NCBI RefSeq assembly: GCF_964213995.1
Contig: NC_135815.1
Location: forward strand, 78,802,001-78,866,000
Length of the DNA: 64,000 nucleotides
Source of the DNA: Mustelus asterias
Lineage: Eukaryota
Direction: 5' to 3'
Shown: piece by piece, positions 12,904-26,948 of the stretch
Numbering within the stretch: the stretch's first letter is position 1
Layout of the letters: every line of letters begins with the position of its first letter
Translations under genes and position numbers: made by a program
The notes under the pieces: generated by a model
What the model was told of the DNA's origin: nothing
Seen by the model: only the letters and a program-made list of their open reading frames with translations
Database searches by the model: none

Positions 12904-13755
12904 TCTGGTAAGATTTCCCATTTCATGAGTTACAAAGAATATTCATGAGCAAACTAATAAAATAAATATACCCTCTAATATTTTTGACATTCACATTTTG
13001 AGTGTGGTAAAACTGTTGTATTACTACAACAATGTTTCTAACTCAAATATGTTATTCCGTATCAGTATAGTTTTTTTTTAGTGATTAGTCACAGCTAGTG
13101 AACTTCAAGTGTTTACATTATGAGGATATGTACTTCTATTACTGTTATATTAAGCAATTATATCATATTTGTATTCTCAAAACTTACATATTCCTTGTGA
13201 GGCAGTTTAAAGGATTTTTATGTATCCCAAAATAAATACAAGATTGTTACTATAATGTAACCATGTTATTACTGAACTAAACTTTTGAGCACTGTATGAT
13301 ACTTAATTTGGTGACTGAAGGGAATAAAAGCAAGTGTAAATGGTTGCTTTTTAGAAATCTGAAATTCTTTATAACTAGTAAGAATCCTTAATCTTAGTAA
13401 GACCTTTCATTCCTAAAGTTTATCTATTGACTGTAACACAAGTACTTTTACTGAACCGTCAGATATAAATATAGTTCCTGCTAATCAGTCCACAGTGAAA
13501 ATGGAAAAATCTGACTTTTTGATATCGGATCAAAGCCCACCTGTAATAGAAGCTAATTATGATAATATTGCTGCTATAAGTAAATCTTTACCAAGTCCCA
13601 GGGTACTCTTGTCTTTATGCTGGTATAGCCATTCCTGCTATATTGTTAAAAGCAACTTCCTTTGAACAAATTCCACTCCAACTGTTACAAGCTGAAAGTA
13701 ACCAGTATGGAATTCACTTTTCATGCAACATCTCTGTGATGTTTGAACTTTGTTC

Positions 13756-14815
<1,060 letters not shown>

Positions 14816-15001
14816 TACAGTAAAATCCTTATTATCCAGCATGCATGAGCCCCGGTTCATCAGGAATGCCAGTTAATGGAATACAGTTGCAATGCCTGTA
14901 GCATGAATTAATATTCAAGTACTCGGGAAGTAAAGAAAAGTATTTTTTAAACTTCTAATCTTCAACAATACATTAAAACCAAATAAAGTATCAAATAATA
15001 T

Positions 15002-15323
15002 GAATCATAGAATCCTACAGTGCAGAAGGAGGGCATTCGGCCCATCGAGCACACCAACCACAATCCCACCCAGGCCCTGTCCCCATAACCCCATGCATTT
15101 ACCCTAGCTAGTCCCCCTGACACTAAGGGGCAATTTAGCACGGCCAATCCACCTAACCCACACATCTTTGGACTGTGGGAGGAAACTGGAGCACCCGGAG
15201 GAAACCCACACAGACACGGCGAGAACGTGCAAACTCCACACAGTGACCCAAGCCAAGGATCAAACCCAGGTCCCTGGCGCTGTGAGGCAGCAGTGCTAAC
15301 AACTGTGTCACTGTGCCGCCCCT
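15002..15323 (-). mobile_element. HE1-type V-SINE
   Basis: Full head, core and tail similar to 2479-2812. Confidence 0.9.
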
Positions 15324-15365
15324 TAATGGTTCCAGATAATTTTGTAATTGCTTCTGGTCAGTAAA

Positions 15366-15765
15366 GTCATAGAGTCATAGAGGTTTACAGCATGGAAACA
15401 GGCCCTTCGGCCCAACTTGTCCATGCCGCCCATTTTTAAAAAAATCCCTAGGCTAATCCCAATTGCCCGCATTTGGTCCATGTCCCTCTATACCCATCTT
15501 ACTCGTGTAACTGTCGAAATGCTTTTTAAAAGACAAAATTGTACCCGCCTCTACTACTACCTCTGGCAGCTTGTTCCAGATACTCACCACCCTCTGTGTG
15601 AAAAAATTGCCCCTCTGGACACTTTTGTATCTCTCCCCTCTCACCTTAAACCTATGCCCTCCTGTTTTAGACTCCCCAACCTTTGGGAAAAGATATTGAC
15701 TATCTAACTGATCTGTGCCCCTCATTATTTTATAGACCTCTATAAGATCATCCCTCAGCCTCCTA
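15366..15765 (-). mobile_element. CR1/HER1 3' end
   Basis: GHRFKVRG...FFTQRVVSIWNKLP; (CTATGACT)n tail. Confidence 0.85.
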
Positions 15766-16067
15766 CTTGTCAGCCTAAGCCTGAGTCTTGTCCTGGTCTT
15801 GCTACATGTCGATGAAGCCCTGAAGTGAATGCTTTAATTAGGCAAGGAAATTTGAATGCAGCTTTCCTGCAGTACTGAAAAGATCTCCCATTAATCAAAT
15901 TTTAATGATCAGTCAGAAATATTGATTTTGAAGTTTTGACATTGTTTGAAAGTAGTGACGTGAAAAGGCCTGGACAAGAATAGCACTGACCTCCTGGTGA
16001 AATATATTTATCAAGTATATCTTGGACAATAGGTGGCAATTTTAACCTGTAGGAATCAAATCTGTAT

Positions 16068-16602
16068 ACTGAAATTCAACATGTCAGCTACAACTCTCAC
16101 CAACTTTTACAGATGTACCATAGAAAGCATCCTTTCTGGTTGTATCACAGCTTGGTCTGGCTCCTGCTCTGCCCAAGACCACAAGAAACTACAGAAGGTT
16201 GTGAATGTAGCCCAGTCCATCACGCAAACCAGCCTCCCATCCATTGACTCTGTCTACACTTCCCGCTGCCTCAGCAAAGCAGCCAGCATAATCAAGGACC
16301 CCACGCACCCCGGACATTCTCTCTTTCACCTTCTTCTGTCGGGGAAAAAGATACAAAAGTCTGAGGTCAGGTACCAACCGACTCAAGAACAGCTTCTTCC
16401 CTGCTGCTGTCAGACTTTTGAATGGACTTATCTCGCATTAAGTTGATCTTTCTCTACACCCTAGCTATGACTGTAATAGTACATTTTGCACTCTCTCGTT
16501 TCCTTCTCTATGAACGGTATGCTTTGTCTGTATAGCGCGCAAGAAACAATACTTTTCACTGTATCCCAATACATGTGACAATAATAAATCAAATCAAATC
16601 AA
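16068..16602 (+). mobile_element. Rex1-type LINE 3' end
   Basis: FYRCTIESILSGCITAW...HPGHSLFHLL; (AAATC)n tail. Confidence 0.85.
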
Positions 16603-17019
16603 ATATTTCTGTTCAATTGCACCTAACACAATTTAAGTCATTCAGCAGGCCTGTGAGGCGAGTTTGCTAAGTTACGCTTCCTCACTATGGGGCACTAGCT
16701 CTGATCACAGGAAATGATGCTGATCTCTGCCTGGTCCAGCACACAGCCCAAATGGTGGGGTTAATGACAATTTGAGGTGTTTTTGCTCTGCTCAGTAAAG
16801 ATTGTTGCGAATGGTTCGTATTAGGGGAATTTCAGAAATTCTGGTTAATAGAGTGCGAACACTCTAACACAAAATTGATCGTATTTTCTTTACTCTTCCT
16901 TGCATCTAATCTGTTTAACAAAATGTAACAATGGCAATACAAATTCAATCAACAGACATTGATATAAATTAAAAGCATTCTTATAAAATGAACTCTTATT
17001 TAACATAATTCCAACAGAG

Positions 17020-17187
17020 ATAGAACATAGAACAGCACAGTACAGGCCCTTCGGCCCTCGATGTTGTGCCGAGCTTTGTCCGAAACCAAGATCAAGCTGT
17101 CCCACTCCCTATCATTCTGGTGTGCTCCATGTGCCTATCCAATAACCACTTGAAAGTTCCTAAAGTGTCCGACTCCATTATCACAGC
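17020..17187 (-). mobile_element. CR1 3' UTR fragment
   Basis: Near-identical to 18361-18533. Confidence 0.8.
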
Positions 17188-17194
17188 TGTAGTT

Positions 17195-17890
17195 CCTTTT
17201 TCAAAAAATTAACTTTATTCATAAAGTAAAGGTACATTACATAACAGTTCAAATTTGACATTACAAAGTGCAAAACGCAGTTTATTTCAATAAGTAAGTG
17301 AGGTGTCTCATTAACCTTTTAATTACAGGTTATCTTTACAAGGTACGTTTATATTTTATGTCAAACATTCTCTGATGCATATAGTTCAAGGAGTTCGACA
17401 TGGCTTCCAACCCTTTGGTGTACTATTCAGTCTTTGCATGTCAAGTTTTAGTACATCCTTCAGCATGCAATCCTGGACCTTTGAATGTCTCAGTCTGCAA
17501 CACTCGGTTGTCAATAACTCTTTGCACTGGAAGGCAAGCAAGTTTCAGGCAGACCAGAGTATCTTTCATTGAATTGATGGTCCTCCAACAGCAGATAGTG
17601 ATTATCTTAGCATGGGTCCCTGGAAACAACCTGTGTAGTGCAGAGTACTGTATTAGGGGGCTTGGGGTGAACCTCCACAAAAACCACTGCTGTTCTTTCC
17701 AGATCAGCTTTGTAAAAGTACATTTCAGAAGGAAGTGATGGTCCCTTCCTCACCGCAGCTGCCTTGAAGGCAATGTGCAGAGGTGGTAAGACTCCAGACA
17801 TGCAGGAAGGATCTGACACGGAAGGCCCTTCTCGCCACCAGCCAAGTTACATTTTGGTACTGGCTTGTAAGTTCTGGTGATGAAGCAATC
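17195..17890 (-). mobile_element. Tx1/L1-clade LINE 3' end
   Basis: Degenerate Cys motif (CLQGSCGEEGTITS), LFPGTH, WRTINSMKD; minus-strand AATAAA and A-rich tail near 17197-17219. Confidence 0.6.
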
Positions 17891-19418
17891 CTCATATAAA
17901 GTATTGTTGTCAAGAAAGGACAATTCAGCCTATTGAAACTCATTTCTTTGATACCCTATTACCCCCAATCTAGCTACCGACTTCATATTGAACCCCTTTG
18001 TTTATGCTAACTTGCCTGGCAGATTATTCAAAACTTAACCTCTGAGAAAATATGTTTTTTCTGATATATCCATTTGAACATGTCCTTTTTGCTGAATTAA
18101 ATTTATGTCTGTTGGTTCTACTCAACTTACTTTGAAACAATCTTCATTTAACTTGTCAATACTATTTCAGAAATCTTTTTTATGCTCTGTTTCTCTGACT
18201 TTTTCTCATGGTTCATTCTCTTTTCATTTGAGATCATTCTTGCTGTGAGATTCTGCACCCTCCCATTGCTTTCATGGGCTTCTGTGGCATGGTGACCAGA
18301 ATTGGTCACAGTGCTCCAGTGCATTGATGAGGGTCAGATTTTAAACTGTCCTCTTAGATGGATAGAACATAGAACAGTACAGCACAGAACAGGCCCTTCG
18401 GCCCACGATGTTGTGCTGAGCTTTATCGGAAACCAAGATCAAGCTATCCCACTCCCTATCATCCTGGTGTACTCCATGTGCCTATCCAATAACCGCTTAA
18501 ATGTTCCTAAAGTGTCTGACTCCACTATCACTGCAGGCAGTCCATTCCACACCCCAACCACTCTCTGCGTAAAGAACCTACCTCTGATATCCTTCCTATA
18601 TCTCCAACCATGAACCCTATAGTTATTCCCCCTTGTAATAGCTTTATCCACCCGAGGAAATAGTCTTTGAATGTTCACTCTATCTATCCCCTTCATCATT
18701 TTATAAACCTCTATTAAGTCTCCCCTCAACCTCCTCCGCTCCAGAGAGAACAGCCCGAGCTCCCTCAACCTTTCCTCATAAGACCTACCCTCCAAATCAG
18801 GCAGCATCCTGGTAAATCTCCTTTGCACTCTTTCCAGCGCTTCCACATCCTTCTTATAGTGAGGTGACCAGAACTGCACACAATATTCCAAATGTGGTCT
18901 CACCAAGGTCCTGTACAGTTGCAGCGTAACCCCACGGCTCTTAAACTCCAACCCCCTGTTAATAAAAGCTAACACACTATAGGCCTTCTTCACAGCTCTA
19001 TCCACTTGAGTGGCAACCTTCAGAGATCTGTGGATATGGACCCCAAGATCTCTCTGTTCCTCCACAGTCTTCAGAACCCTACCTTTGACCCTGTAATCCA
19101 CATTTAAATTAGTCCTACCAAAATGAATCACCTCACATTTATCAGGGTTAAACTCCATCTGCCATTTTTCAGCCCAGCTTTGCATCCTATCTATGTTTCT
19201 TTGCAGTCTACAACAGCCCTCCACCTCATCCACTACTCCACCAATCTTGGTGTCATTAGTAAATTTACTGATCCACCCTTCAGCCCCCTCCTCTAAGTCA
19301 TTAATAAAAATCACAAATAGCAGAGGACCAAGCACTGATCCCTGTGGCACTCCGCTAGCAACCTGCCTCCAGTCCGAAAATTTTCCATCCACCACCACCC
19401 TCTGTCTTCGATCAGATA

Positions 19419-19650
19419 AGAGTTTTAACAACACCAGGTTAAAGTCCAACAGGTTTATTTGGTAGCAAATACCATTAGCTTTCGGAGCGCTGCTCCTTCG
19501 TCAGATGGAGTGGAAATCATCTGACGAAGGAGCAGCGCTCCGAAAGACAATGGTATTTGCTACCAAATAAACCTGTTGGACTTTAACCTGGTGTTGTTAA
19601 AACTCTGACTGTGTTTACCCCAGTCCAACGCCGGCATCTCCACATCATGA
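19419..19650. mobile_element. Penelope-like palindromic mini-element inserted in CR1, 13-bp target-site duplication
   Basis: 89-bp inverted arms 19419-19507 and 19518-19606 (2 mismatches, 10-nt loop); CTTCGATCAGATA at 19406-19418 and 19651-19663. Confidence 0.85.
19472..19508 (-). ncRNA. Minimal type I hammerhead ribozyme motif
   Basis: Minus strand CCAU-CUGACGA-A-GGAGC(AGC)GCUCC-GAAA-GCU-A-AUGG: core boxes, stem II, palindromic AGCU stem III, stem I CCAU/AUGG. Confidence 0.8.
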
Positions 19651-21765
19651 CTTCGATCAGATAGCCAGTTACCTATCCAATCGGCCAACTTTCCCTCTAT
19701 CCCCCACCTCCTTACTTTCATCATAAGCCGACCATGGGGGACCTTATCAAACGCCTTACTAAAATCCATGTATATGACATCAACTGCCCTACCTTCATCA
19801 ACACACTTAGTTACCTCCTCAAAAAATTCTATCAAATTTGTGAGGCACGACTTGCCCTTCACGAATCAGTGCTGACTATCCCGGATTAATCCGCAACTTT
19901 CTAAATGGTCGTAAATCCCATCCCTAAGGACCTTTTCCATCAACTTACCAACCACCGAAGTAAGACTAACACAAGTTCCCACTACTGTTCTTGACCGGCC
20001 CTAACTTCACCCTGGTCATTCTTTTATTCCTCACATAAGAGTAAAAAGCTTTGGAGTTTTCCTTGATCCGACCCGCCAAGGACTTCTTATGCCCCCTCCT
20101 AGCTCTCCTAAGCCCCTTTTTCAGCTCATTCCTTGCTAACTTGTAACCCTCAATCGACCCATCTAAACCTTGTTTCCTCATCTCTACATAAGCTCCCCTC
20201 TTCCTTTTTACAAGACATTCCACCTCTTTTGTGAACCATGGTTCCCTCACTCAGCCATTTCCTCCCTGCCTGACAGGGACATACCTATCAAGGACACACA
20301 GTATTTGTTCCTTGAAAAAGTTTCACCTTTCATTAGTGCCTTTCCGACAGTTTCTGTTCCCATCTTATGCCCCCTAATTCTTGCCTAATCGCATCATAAT
20401 TACCTTCCCCCTCCCCCAATTATAAACCTTGCCCTGCCGTACGGCCCTATCCCTCTCCATTGCAATAACAAAAGACACTGAATTGTGGTCACTATCTCCA
20501 AAGTGCTCTCCCACAACCAAATCTAACACTTGGCCCGGTTCATTTCCCAGTACCAAATCCAATGTGGCCCCACCTCTTGTCGGCCTATCCACATATTGTG
20601 TCAGGAAACCCTCCTGCACACACTGCCCAAAAACTGCCCCATCCGAACTATTCGACCTACAAAGGTTCCAATCAATATTTGGAAAGTTAAAGTTCCCCAT
20701 GACAACTCCCCTGTGACCCCCACACCTATCCATAATCTACTTAGCAATTTCTTCCTCCACATCTCTATTACTCTTTGGGGGCCTATAGTAAACTCCTAAC
20801 AACGTGACCGCTCCTTTCCTATTTCTAACCTCAGCCCATATTACCTCAGTATGCAGATCCCCCTCGAAGTGGCTTTCCGCAGCCGTTAAACTATCCTTGA
20901 TTAACAGTGCCACTCCTCCACCTCTTTTACCAGCTTCCCTACACTTACTGAAACATCTATACCCCGGAACGTCCAACAACCATTCCTGTCCTTGTTCTAC
21001 CCATGTCTCCGTAATGGCCACAACATCGTAGTCCCAAGTACCAATCCACGCCCCAAATTCATCTACCCTGTTCTGGATGCTCCTTGCATTGAAGTAGACA
21101 CACTTCAAACCACCTTCCTGTCGACTGGTACCCACCCTTGACCTTGATACCTCCCCAATACCCCACTACCCTCAACACTGACTTCCGGACTACAACTCCT
21201 TTTCCCACCCCCCTGACAAATTAGTTTAAACCCCCCTGAAGAGCCGTAGCAAATTTCCCTCCCAAGATATTGGTGCCCCTCTGGTTCAGGTGCACCCCGT
21301 CCTGTTTGTACAGGATGCGAAAGATTCCATGGTACTATTAAAAAGAAAAACAGGAAACTTCTCCCAGTGTCCTGGACAATATTCAATTTTCAACCAATCT
21401 CACGAAAAACAAAATATTTGGTCAGTTATCTCGTTGCTATTTGTGGGACTTTGCGGAGTGTAAATTAGTTGCTCCGTTTACCCAGAAATCTAAGTAGAAA
21501 ATGAACTAAATATATAAATGTGTCATTACAATTAAATATTCATATTCAGGTATAATAATTATATTCCCATGTGTTCTAAATATATATCTACTCCATTTTT
21601 TAATTTTAAAATGTAAAATTTTGAAACCATGCAGTGAGACAAATCATGCTGCCACTTAATGATCAGGCATGGATTAATGGTTAAATTTTCCATTCAAAGT
21701 TACTGTACAAAGGCAATGAACAAGGACTTCATCACAGGTTTTGGGGAAAATCAGCTACTCTCCAG

Positions 21766-22177
21766 TGTTAGAACGTAACCAGTGACAAATTTGTGTTGGA
21801 TGCAATGTGACCAATGGAAACAAGATGTAAGGGTCAGCTGACCCAGTAAAACATGGAACCAATCACAGAGTGATGTAATAGTCAGCTGACCAATTGATTC
21901 ACTATAAATAAGGAACTATGTAGAATTGTGGGAAGCTTGGAGTGGCCCAGGGCGAGGCTCCAAGTTTGGAGTAATGATGTTTCTTTATTAAACCCTTTCT
22001 TTGATTTATAAGTTGAAGTAAGTTTTGTTGTTGTTTCATTTGCTGCATTTTGAAGAGTTCCTTCTGAAGAAATATCCAGCAAACCCTCATCTCCTACTGG
22101 CCAAAAGTTGTGTGTCATGTACAGATAACTGGGAGATGGTTGCCCATCAGGATTTTGCCAAAATGGAGACGTTAACA
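21766..22177 (+). mobile_element. Probable solo LTR with promoter motifs
   Basis: TGTTAGAACGT...ACGTTAACA ends; CCAAT at 21811, 21859 and 21890; TATAAATA 21903; ATTAAA near 21987; no clear TSD. Confidence 0.45.
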
Positions 22178-22491
22178 TGCGAAATAGGAGCAGGAATAGA
22201 TCATTTGGTCACTTCAATTAGAATGTGGTACTCACGACCACTGGGAGTGGTCGAAGTGAACAGTATTGATGTGTTTAAGGGGAAGATAGACAAGCATAAA
22301 AGGCAGAAGCTATGATGAGCAAGAGGCTTGAATGGAGCATGTCTACATTGCAGCGGTGACTACACTTGGAAAACCCTTCATTGCCTGGAAAGCACTTTGA
22401 GATTTCCTGAGGTTGTGGAATATCTGAGGTTGTGGAAGTTACTTCTTTAAAAAGAGAACACTATTGTCTTTCATTCATGAAACGTACAAAC

Positions 22492-23570
22492 AGAATCCAG
22501 AACTGGATCCAGAACTGGCTTGCCCAAAGGAGGCAGAGAGTGTGTATAGATGGGTCTTTTTCTAAATGGAGGTCGGTCACCAGTGGTGTGCCCCAGGGAT
22601 CTGTTCTGGGACCCTTGCTGTTTGTCATTTTCATAAATGACCTGGATGAGGAAGTGGAGGGATGGGTTGGTAAGTTTGCCGACGACACGAAGGTTGGTGG
22701 GGTTGTGGATAGTCTAGAGGGATGTCAGAAGTTACAGAGGGACATAGATAGGATGCAAGACTGAGCGGAGAAGTGGCAGATGGACTTCAACCCAGATAAA
22801 TGTGTAGTGGTCCATTTTGGCAGGTCAAATGGGATGAAGGAGTACAATATTAAGGGAAAGACTCTTAGTACTGTAGAGGATTAGAAGGACCTGGGGGTCT
22901 GGGTCCATAGGACTCTAAAATCGGCCCCGCAGGTGGAGGAGGTGGTTAAGAAGGCGTATGGTGTGCTGGCCTTTATCAATCGAGGGATTGAGTTTAGGAG
23001 TCCGGGGATAATGATGCAGCTATATAAGACCCTCGTCAGACCCCACTTGGAGTACTGTGCTCAGTTCTGGTTGCCTCATTACAGGAAGGATGTGGAAAAG
23101 ATTGAAAGGGTGCAGAGGCGATTTACAAGGATGTTGCCTGGATTGAGTGGCATGCCTTATGAGGATAGGCTGAGGGAGCTTGGTCTTTTCTCCTTGGAGA
23201 GACGTAGGATGAGAGGAGACCTAATAGAGGTATATAAGATGTTGAGAGGCATAGATCGGGTGGACTCTCGGAGGCTTTTTCCCAGGGTGGAAATGGCTGC
23301 TACGAGAGGACACAGGTTTAAGGTGCTGGGGGGTCGGTCAGGGGAAATGTTAGGGGGAAGTTTTTCACAGAGGGTGGTGGGCGAGTGGAATCGGCTGCCG
23401 CCAGTGGTGGTGGAGGCAAACTCAATAGGGTTTTTTAAGAGACTCCTGGATGAGTACATGGGACTTAATAGGATGGAAGGTTATAGGTAGGCCTAAAAGG
23501 TAGGGATATGTTCGGCACAACTTGTAGGGCTGAAGGGCCTGTTTTGTGCTGTAGTTTTTCTATGTTTCTA
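22492..23570 (+). mobile_element. 5'-truncated CR1/HER1 LINE (RT to 3' tail)
   Basis: GVPQGSVLGP, FADDTK, LEYCAQFW, LRELGLFSLERRR; in-frame stops; TTTCTATG tail. Confidence 0.92.
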
Positions 23571-23664
23571 ATAACAGTTCAGCTTTTTGTCTTTGAAAGG
23601 AATCAAGCCTGAAAAGAAAATCAGCCTTTTTACAGAGTGAAAAATGTATGCTATTTATTTATAG

Positions 23665-25340
23665 TAAAAGTAGAAAATGCTGGGAAAACTCGGGCCTGGT
23701 AGCGTCTGTAGAGAGAGAAATAGAGTTAACATTTTGAAGCTGTGTGACTTTTTCAGAACTAGAAAGAGAGAGAAATATAAACAGAAAATGCTGGAAAGTC
23801 TTTTTGTTTCAGAATCCAGAATCCGCTGTATTTTGCTTTTATCAGAGGGAGAAATATGATGGATTATATAATGTATCAAAGGAGATGGAGCAGCTGGAGC
23901 AGACTAGAAGGTCAGTGATAGGTGGGAGCTAGGAGAGATTGCAACAAAGATGTGTAGGGCATGAGACAGAGGAAGCGTTAATGGCAATGTGAAGGGCTAT
24001 AGAAGATGCTGATAGTGGCATAATGGAAGGATAGCAGAATGTATTAATAGGAAACAAGGTCAGTACTCAGTGAAGGCAAAAACTAAAGAACAAGTGACAG
24101 ATGGCCCAGTGGGGGTAGGGGAGTTTTGCATTGGGACAACAAACGCTTTGGATAAAAGGTGTCAAAATGGATGAGAAAGGTCACAGTCTAAAGTTGTTGA
24201 ACTCAGTGTTCAGTCCAAGGATTGTAATGTGCCTAACCGGAAGATGAGGTACTCCTCCTCCAGTTTTCATTGGGCTTTACTAGAACGTTGCAGCAGGCCA
24301 AGGACGGACATGTCGGCATGAGAGCAAAATAGTAAGTTGAAATGGCACGCAACAGAAAGATTGGGATCATGCTTGCAGACTGAGCAACGGCGTTACACAA
24401 AGTGGTCATCCAATCTGTGTTTGGTCTCCCAAATGTAGAGGATACAATATTGGAAGTAGTGAATACAGGAGACCAAATTGAAGGAGGTGCAAGTGAAATG
24501 TTACTTCACCTGAAAGGAATTTTTGGGGTCTTGAATAGTGAGGAGGTAAAGGGGCAGATGTTGCACCTTTTGTGATTGCAGGGGAGGATGTTGTGGGGAG
24601 GGGGATGAGGAGTTCGGTGTGATGGAGGAGTGGACCAGGGTATCACGGAGAGAGCAGTTCCTGTGGAATGCTGATGAGTGGACAAGGGAGTGAGGGGAAG
24701 ATGTGCTTCATGGTGGCATTATGCTGGAGTTGGTGGAGGATGAGCCTTTGGATGCGGAGACTGGTGGAGTGGAAAGTGAGGACGGCGGGGGGCCCCATCA
24801 TGGAGCAGACTAGAAGGTCAGTGATAGGTGGCAGCTAGGAGAGATTGCAACAAAGATGTGTAGGGCATGAGACAGGAAGCATTATTGGCAGTGTGAAGGG
24901 GAGGGGAAGGGGTGAGGGTTAAGGTGCTGGAAATGGGTCGCTCTCAGTTGAGTACCTTGTCAACCAGGGGCAGGGGAACCTCAATTAAGGAAAAAGGCAA
25001 GTATGTCAGAAATGCAATCTTCAAAGGTGGCATCGCTGGAACAGATGAGACAGGTGAAAAAACTGGGAGAATGTGATGCAGTCCTTACAGGAAACGGGGT
25101 ATGAGGAGCTGTGGACGAGGCAGCTGTGGGAGTTGGTGGGCCTATAATGAATATTGGTGGTCACTGGAAATGGAGACAGGTAAAGGAAAGAAAGTGTCAG
25201 AAATGGACCATGTGAAGGGTGGAAATTGGAAGTAAAAATCGATAATTTTTTCCAGATTCAGACAAGAGCATGAAGTGGCATCTATACAGTCATTAGTGTA
25301 ATGGAAAGAGTGTAGTGGGAGTGGGTCTGAGTAGGACTAA
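23665..25340 (-). mobile_element. Decayed Penelope-like element
   Basis: pLTR motif at 23670-23760; GIY-YIG-like remnant (CTACATTTGGGAGACCAAACACAGATTGG on the minus strand near 24410-24440) homologous to 51.55 kb. Confidence 0.65.
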
Positions 25341-25365
25341 AATAAGGAATGCTTTGATTTATAAT

Positions 25366-26948
25366 TGTAATGGTTTGGCCTTAAAAACTTAGCTTTTCCT
25401 GAACTGATACACAACCATAAATTATAAACAAAGGAAGATGTAAATAAAAGGAAGTGTGAGGGAATCTTTATTGTTGGGTGGTGGGTTTTTTTGGGCGGTT
25501 GCCAAGGACTACAGGAGTTCTGGTGCAAGTGCAGAGAGTAGCAGGGGGTTCCAGGGAAAATGCAGAGAACAGCAGGGCTTCTTTCCATTTAATCTTTGAA
25601 AGCAGCTTTGGAGACTTCAAGCTGAGAGCATGGTTCACATTGCGTTTGGTTCTAAGGAGAGGCACAAACCAGCAGCCGAGGCTCTGCCTCAATGAAAGCT
25701 GAAGGGCTCGGCCATCCTGACAGCAGTGCTAATGTGCGACGGTTGGCATGAAAAGAACAACCACCAGACTGGGATTCAACATAAAAGGTGTCCCACTTTG
25801 GCAGGTAGTGGGGAGCAGTCAGAGAGGAGGATCGGCTTCATACAGCTGAAGTATGGCCATTACTGCAGTGCTGCTAAGGGGGCTGAAGCTCAGAGATGTC
25901 CTGGGAGCCAATAGTAGCTCCATGCTGCTCGGGCCTGGGACTCAAAGAAGCCCAGGAGCAGTGTTGCTCGGTGTGGATGGGGAGATTCGAGCTTGGAGAA
26001 ACATCGGGGCATTACCATCTCAGTGAAGCTGGCTGTTGGGCAAAGTTTAAAGTTTATTTATCAGTATCACAAGTAGGCTTACATTCACACAGCAATGAAG
26101 TTACTGTGAAAATCCCTTAGTCGCCACACTCTGGTGCCTGTTCGGGTACACAGGGAGAATTTAGCATGGCCAATGCACATAACCAGCACGTCTTTTGGAT
26201 TGTGGGAGGAAACTGGAGCACCCAGAGGAAACCCATGCAGACTCCGCACAAACAGTGACCCAAGCCGGGAATCACACTCCGGTCCCTGGCACTGTAAGGC
26301 AGCAGTGCTAACCACTGTGCCATCATAAACTTGGAAACAGTTGTGTTCTTCTCACAGTATTAGAGAGCTGTAATCATGCTAGTAGTTCAATGTTGGTGCA
26401 CTCTCGAGGACCCAGTGGGACGCAATTTCAGGGGCAGAGATTGAGCAACTGAAAAATGAGCAGTGGTTAGGGCAGTCAGAGTTGAAGCAGCTGTTGAGAG
26501 AAATCAGAAGCTATATCCCCAAAAGAGAGGAACTGAAATCCCTCAAGTTTAAAGGATTTTGTGACTCTCAGTGATGCCTTGGTGCATTGCTGAGAAATTC
26601 ATGGGGTCTGCCATATAATGTGCAGTTTGTGGTATGTCCATCAACCACAACTTCCCTGTTAATGCATGTTTATCTCATGTTAATTTTAATGTTAGAATAC
26701 AAGATAGATAGTGTTGGTGTTTTGCTTTGCTGTATTTTGATTTATTATTGTCACATGTATTAGTATACAGTGAAAAGTATTGTTTCTTGTTACTTTTGTA
26801 TAGTAAAATTTATTCCATTTGATTAAAACCGTGGAGTGACTTTCGTCTCTTAGTAACTGGGATTTCAAATTTTGTCTATTTTACAATAAAAGTTAGTGGT
26901 CCCTAATCAGTTTATAACAAAATTGGGAATCTGGTTTGGGATCATAAC
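25366..26948 (+). mobile_element. Probable solo LTR containing a V-SINE
   Basis: TGTAATG...CATAACA termini; AATAAA near 26885; end matches the reverse complement of the 30657 insertion start; no TSD seen. Confidence 0.4.
26042..26325 (-). mobile_element. V-SINE tail B
   Basis: Same structure as 12094-12392. Confidence 0.85.

Larger units (their letters stand above)
18361..21316 (-). mobile_element. Relatively young CR1/HER1 LINE (ORF1 end, endonuclease, RT, 3' UTR) with internal deletion and nested insertion
   Basis: YFNARSI, AITETW, GDSDHN, DFSKAFD, GVPQGSVLGP, FT(N)DTK, LEYCVQFWSP; long open C-terminal segment; junction near 19970 skips part of ORF2. Confidence 0.92.

Noticed and set aside
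18439-19449. 336-aa RT ORF as an active or domesticated gene
   Set aside because: The catalytic motif reads FTND rather than FADD, the N-terminus comes from the nested insert, and upstream ORF2 is deleted and frameshifted
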